DNA of 64,000 bases from Acidimicrobiia bacterium (GTDB taxonomy: Bacteria; Actinomycetota; Acidimicrobiia; Spongiisociales; ZC4RG35). This document shows, piece after piece, positions 62,945-64,000 of the stretch (position 1 is its first letter; each line of letters starts with the position of its first letter). The notes beneath the pieces were generated by a model. That model was not told the origin of the DNA, searched no databases, and worked only from the letters and a program-made list of their open reading frames with translations. The stretch covers positions 416,001-480,000 of the forward strand of contig CBDBCY010000004.1 of the NCBI GenBank assembly GCA_965203555.1, written 5' to 3'. The position numbers were made by a program, and so were the translations under genes.

Positions 62945-64000
62945 TCAGGCCCCCTTGTAGTTGATGCGCGCCACAAGTGTGTGCTCAACTCCCACCAAGT
63001 CGTCTTGATCTTTCATAACCTGCTCTATCGGTTTGTAGGACCACGGAGATTCGTCCACCAGTCTGCGGGCCTTGTGCCACTCCCAGGTCTTGTCCTTCAT
63101 AGCCTCGGTCAGTTGTTCGGCTGTGAAACGCTTTTTGGCCTGGTTCCTGGAGAGCACCCGGCCGGCGCCATGCGCCGCCGAGCAGTAGGAAAGCGGGTTC
63201 CCGAGTCCTCGAACGATGTAGGAATCGGTACCCATCGAACCGGGAACCACGCCGCGGTCCCCAAGTCCAGCCCTGATAGCTCCCTTCCTGGTCACCCAGA
63301 CGGTCCGGCCTCCATGTCCCTCCTCCGCCGCGTAGTTGTGGTGGCAGTTGATCGTCTCCTCCAACTTCACCTCCCCCATGTGGTTCCTCATCGCTCTCCA
63401 AACCACATCCAGGATGAGTTCGCGGTTACGCCACGCGTAGGACTGCGCCCACAGCATCTGCTCGATGTACACACCAAACAATTCGTCATCGCTCAAGTAA
63501 TAGGCCAGATCCCGACTCGCCCTTCTCCCCCGCCGAGCGCACTCCTGAGCGGAGACTTCAATATGATAGGTAGCAATTCGGTTTCCGATTCCTCGGCTAC
63601 CGGTATGGAGCACTATCCACAGCCGATCCAGCTCATCCGAGGAGATCTCCACAAAGTGGTTTCCTCCGCCCAGTGTGCCCAGCTGCCTCCCAACCCGGGC
63701 AAGTCCGTTTTTGGCCCTCGGCAAATCCCGGACATGGGGGATGGGGTTTTTCTCCAGCCACCGCGAAGCCGCCCGGGAGGCTGTCCGGTGCCAATTGAAT
63801 CCGGCCGGAACGCCTCGCCTGATCTCTCTCAGAATGCCCTGCGGATCATCAAGTTCCTTGAGAGGCCGGTTGGTAAGGGCGGCGATCATGCCGCAGCCGA
63901 TATCCACTCCCACCGCGGCAGGCACGATGGCCTTCTCCGTGACGATCACCGACCCCACCGTGGCGCCCTTTCCCAGGTGGGCGTCCGGCATCAGGGCCAC
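62945..64000 (-). CDS. rtcB: RtcB RNA ligase, 5'-truncated by window edge
   Basis: MPDAH.G.G, VGVDIGCG, GTLGGGNHF, HTGSRG, CHHNY, RKGA, PGSMG, HGAGR, YKG. Confidence 0.95.
   Translation of the reverse strand: MALMPDAHLGKGATVGSVIVTEKAIVPAAVGVDIGCGMIAALTNRPLKELDDPQGILREIRRGVPAGFNWHRTASRAASRWLEKNPIPHVRDLPRAKNGLARVGRQLGTLGGGNHFVEISSDELDRLWIVLHTGSRGIGNRIATYHIEVSAQECARRGRRASRDLAYYLSDDELFGVYIEQMLWAQSYAWRNRELILDVVWRAMRNHMGEVKLEETINCHHNYAAEEGHGGRTVWVTRKGAIRAGLGDRGVVPGSMGTDSYIVRGLGNPLSYCSAAHGAGRVLSRNQAKKRFTAEQLTEAMKDKTWEWHKARRLVDESPWSYKPIEQVMKDQDDLVGVEHTLVARINYKGA

Overview
GC-rich bacterial chromosomal window, most likely from an actinobacterium. This is inferred from the Bpa proteasome activator, the DUF222-HNH gene, the actinobacterial-type IS110, and several apparently leaderless genes; Acidimicrobiia-like is a guess. 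Most of it is housekeeping/metabolic: the 3' part of dnaE2; a his operon led by a YerC/TrpR-like regulator with divergent hisA; bpa; ychF; several transporters including three tandem DMT paralogues; a tandem glycine riboswitch with gcvP; paaABCDE plus a TetR with a visible operator; menC/menD/menF; sufE/sulfurtransferase; a racemase/(R)-specific beta-oxidation cluster; thiN; pfkA; and a partial rtcB. There are three accessory patches: about 1.9-5.0 kb (IS1634 remnant, DUF222-HNH), about 27.9-29.3 kb (orphan genes and fragments) and about 54.3-59.4 kb. The last is the most interesting. It holds an intact IS110 whose upstream non-coding region contains four segments matching its own target flanks and donor ends in bridge-RNA order. 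Two convergent, paralogous unannotated two-gene modules (acidic 'CGIP' protein + BrnT/RelE-like ORF) flank it. It also has defence-gene debris and a dif-like Xer site preceded by a palindromic variant copy. No rRNA, tRNA or CRISPR array was recognised. All calls are by eye; no database searches were run.
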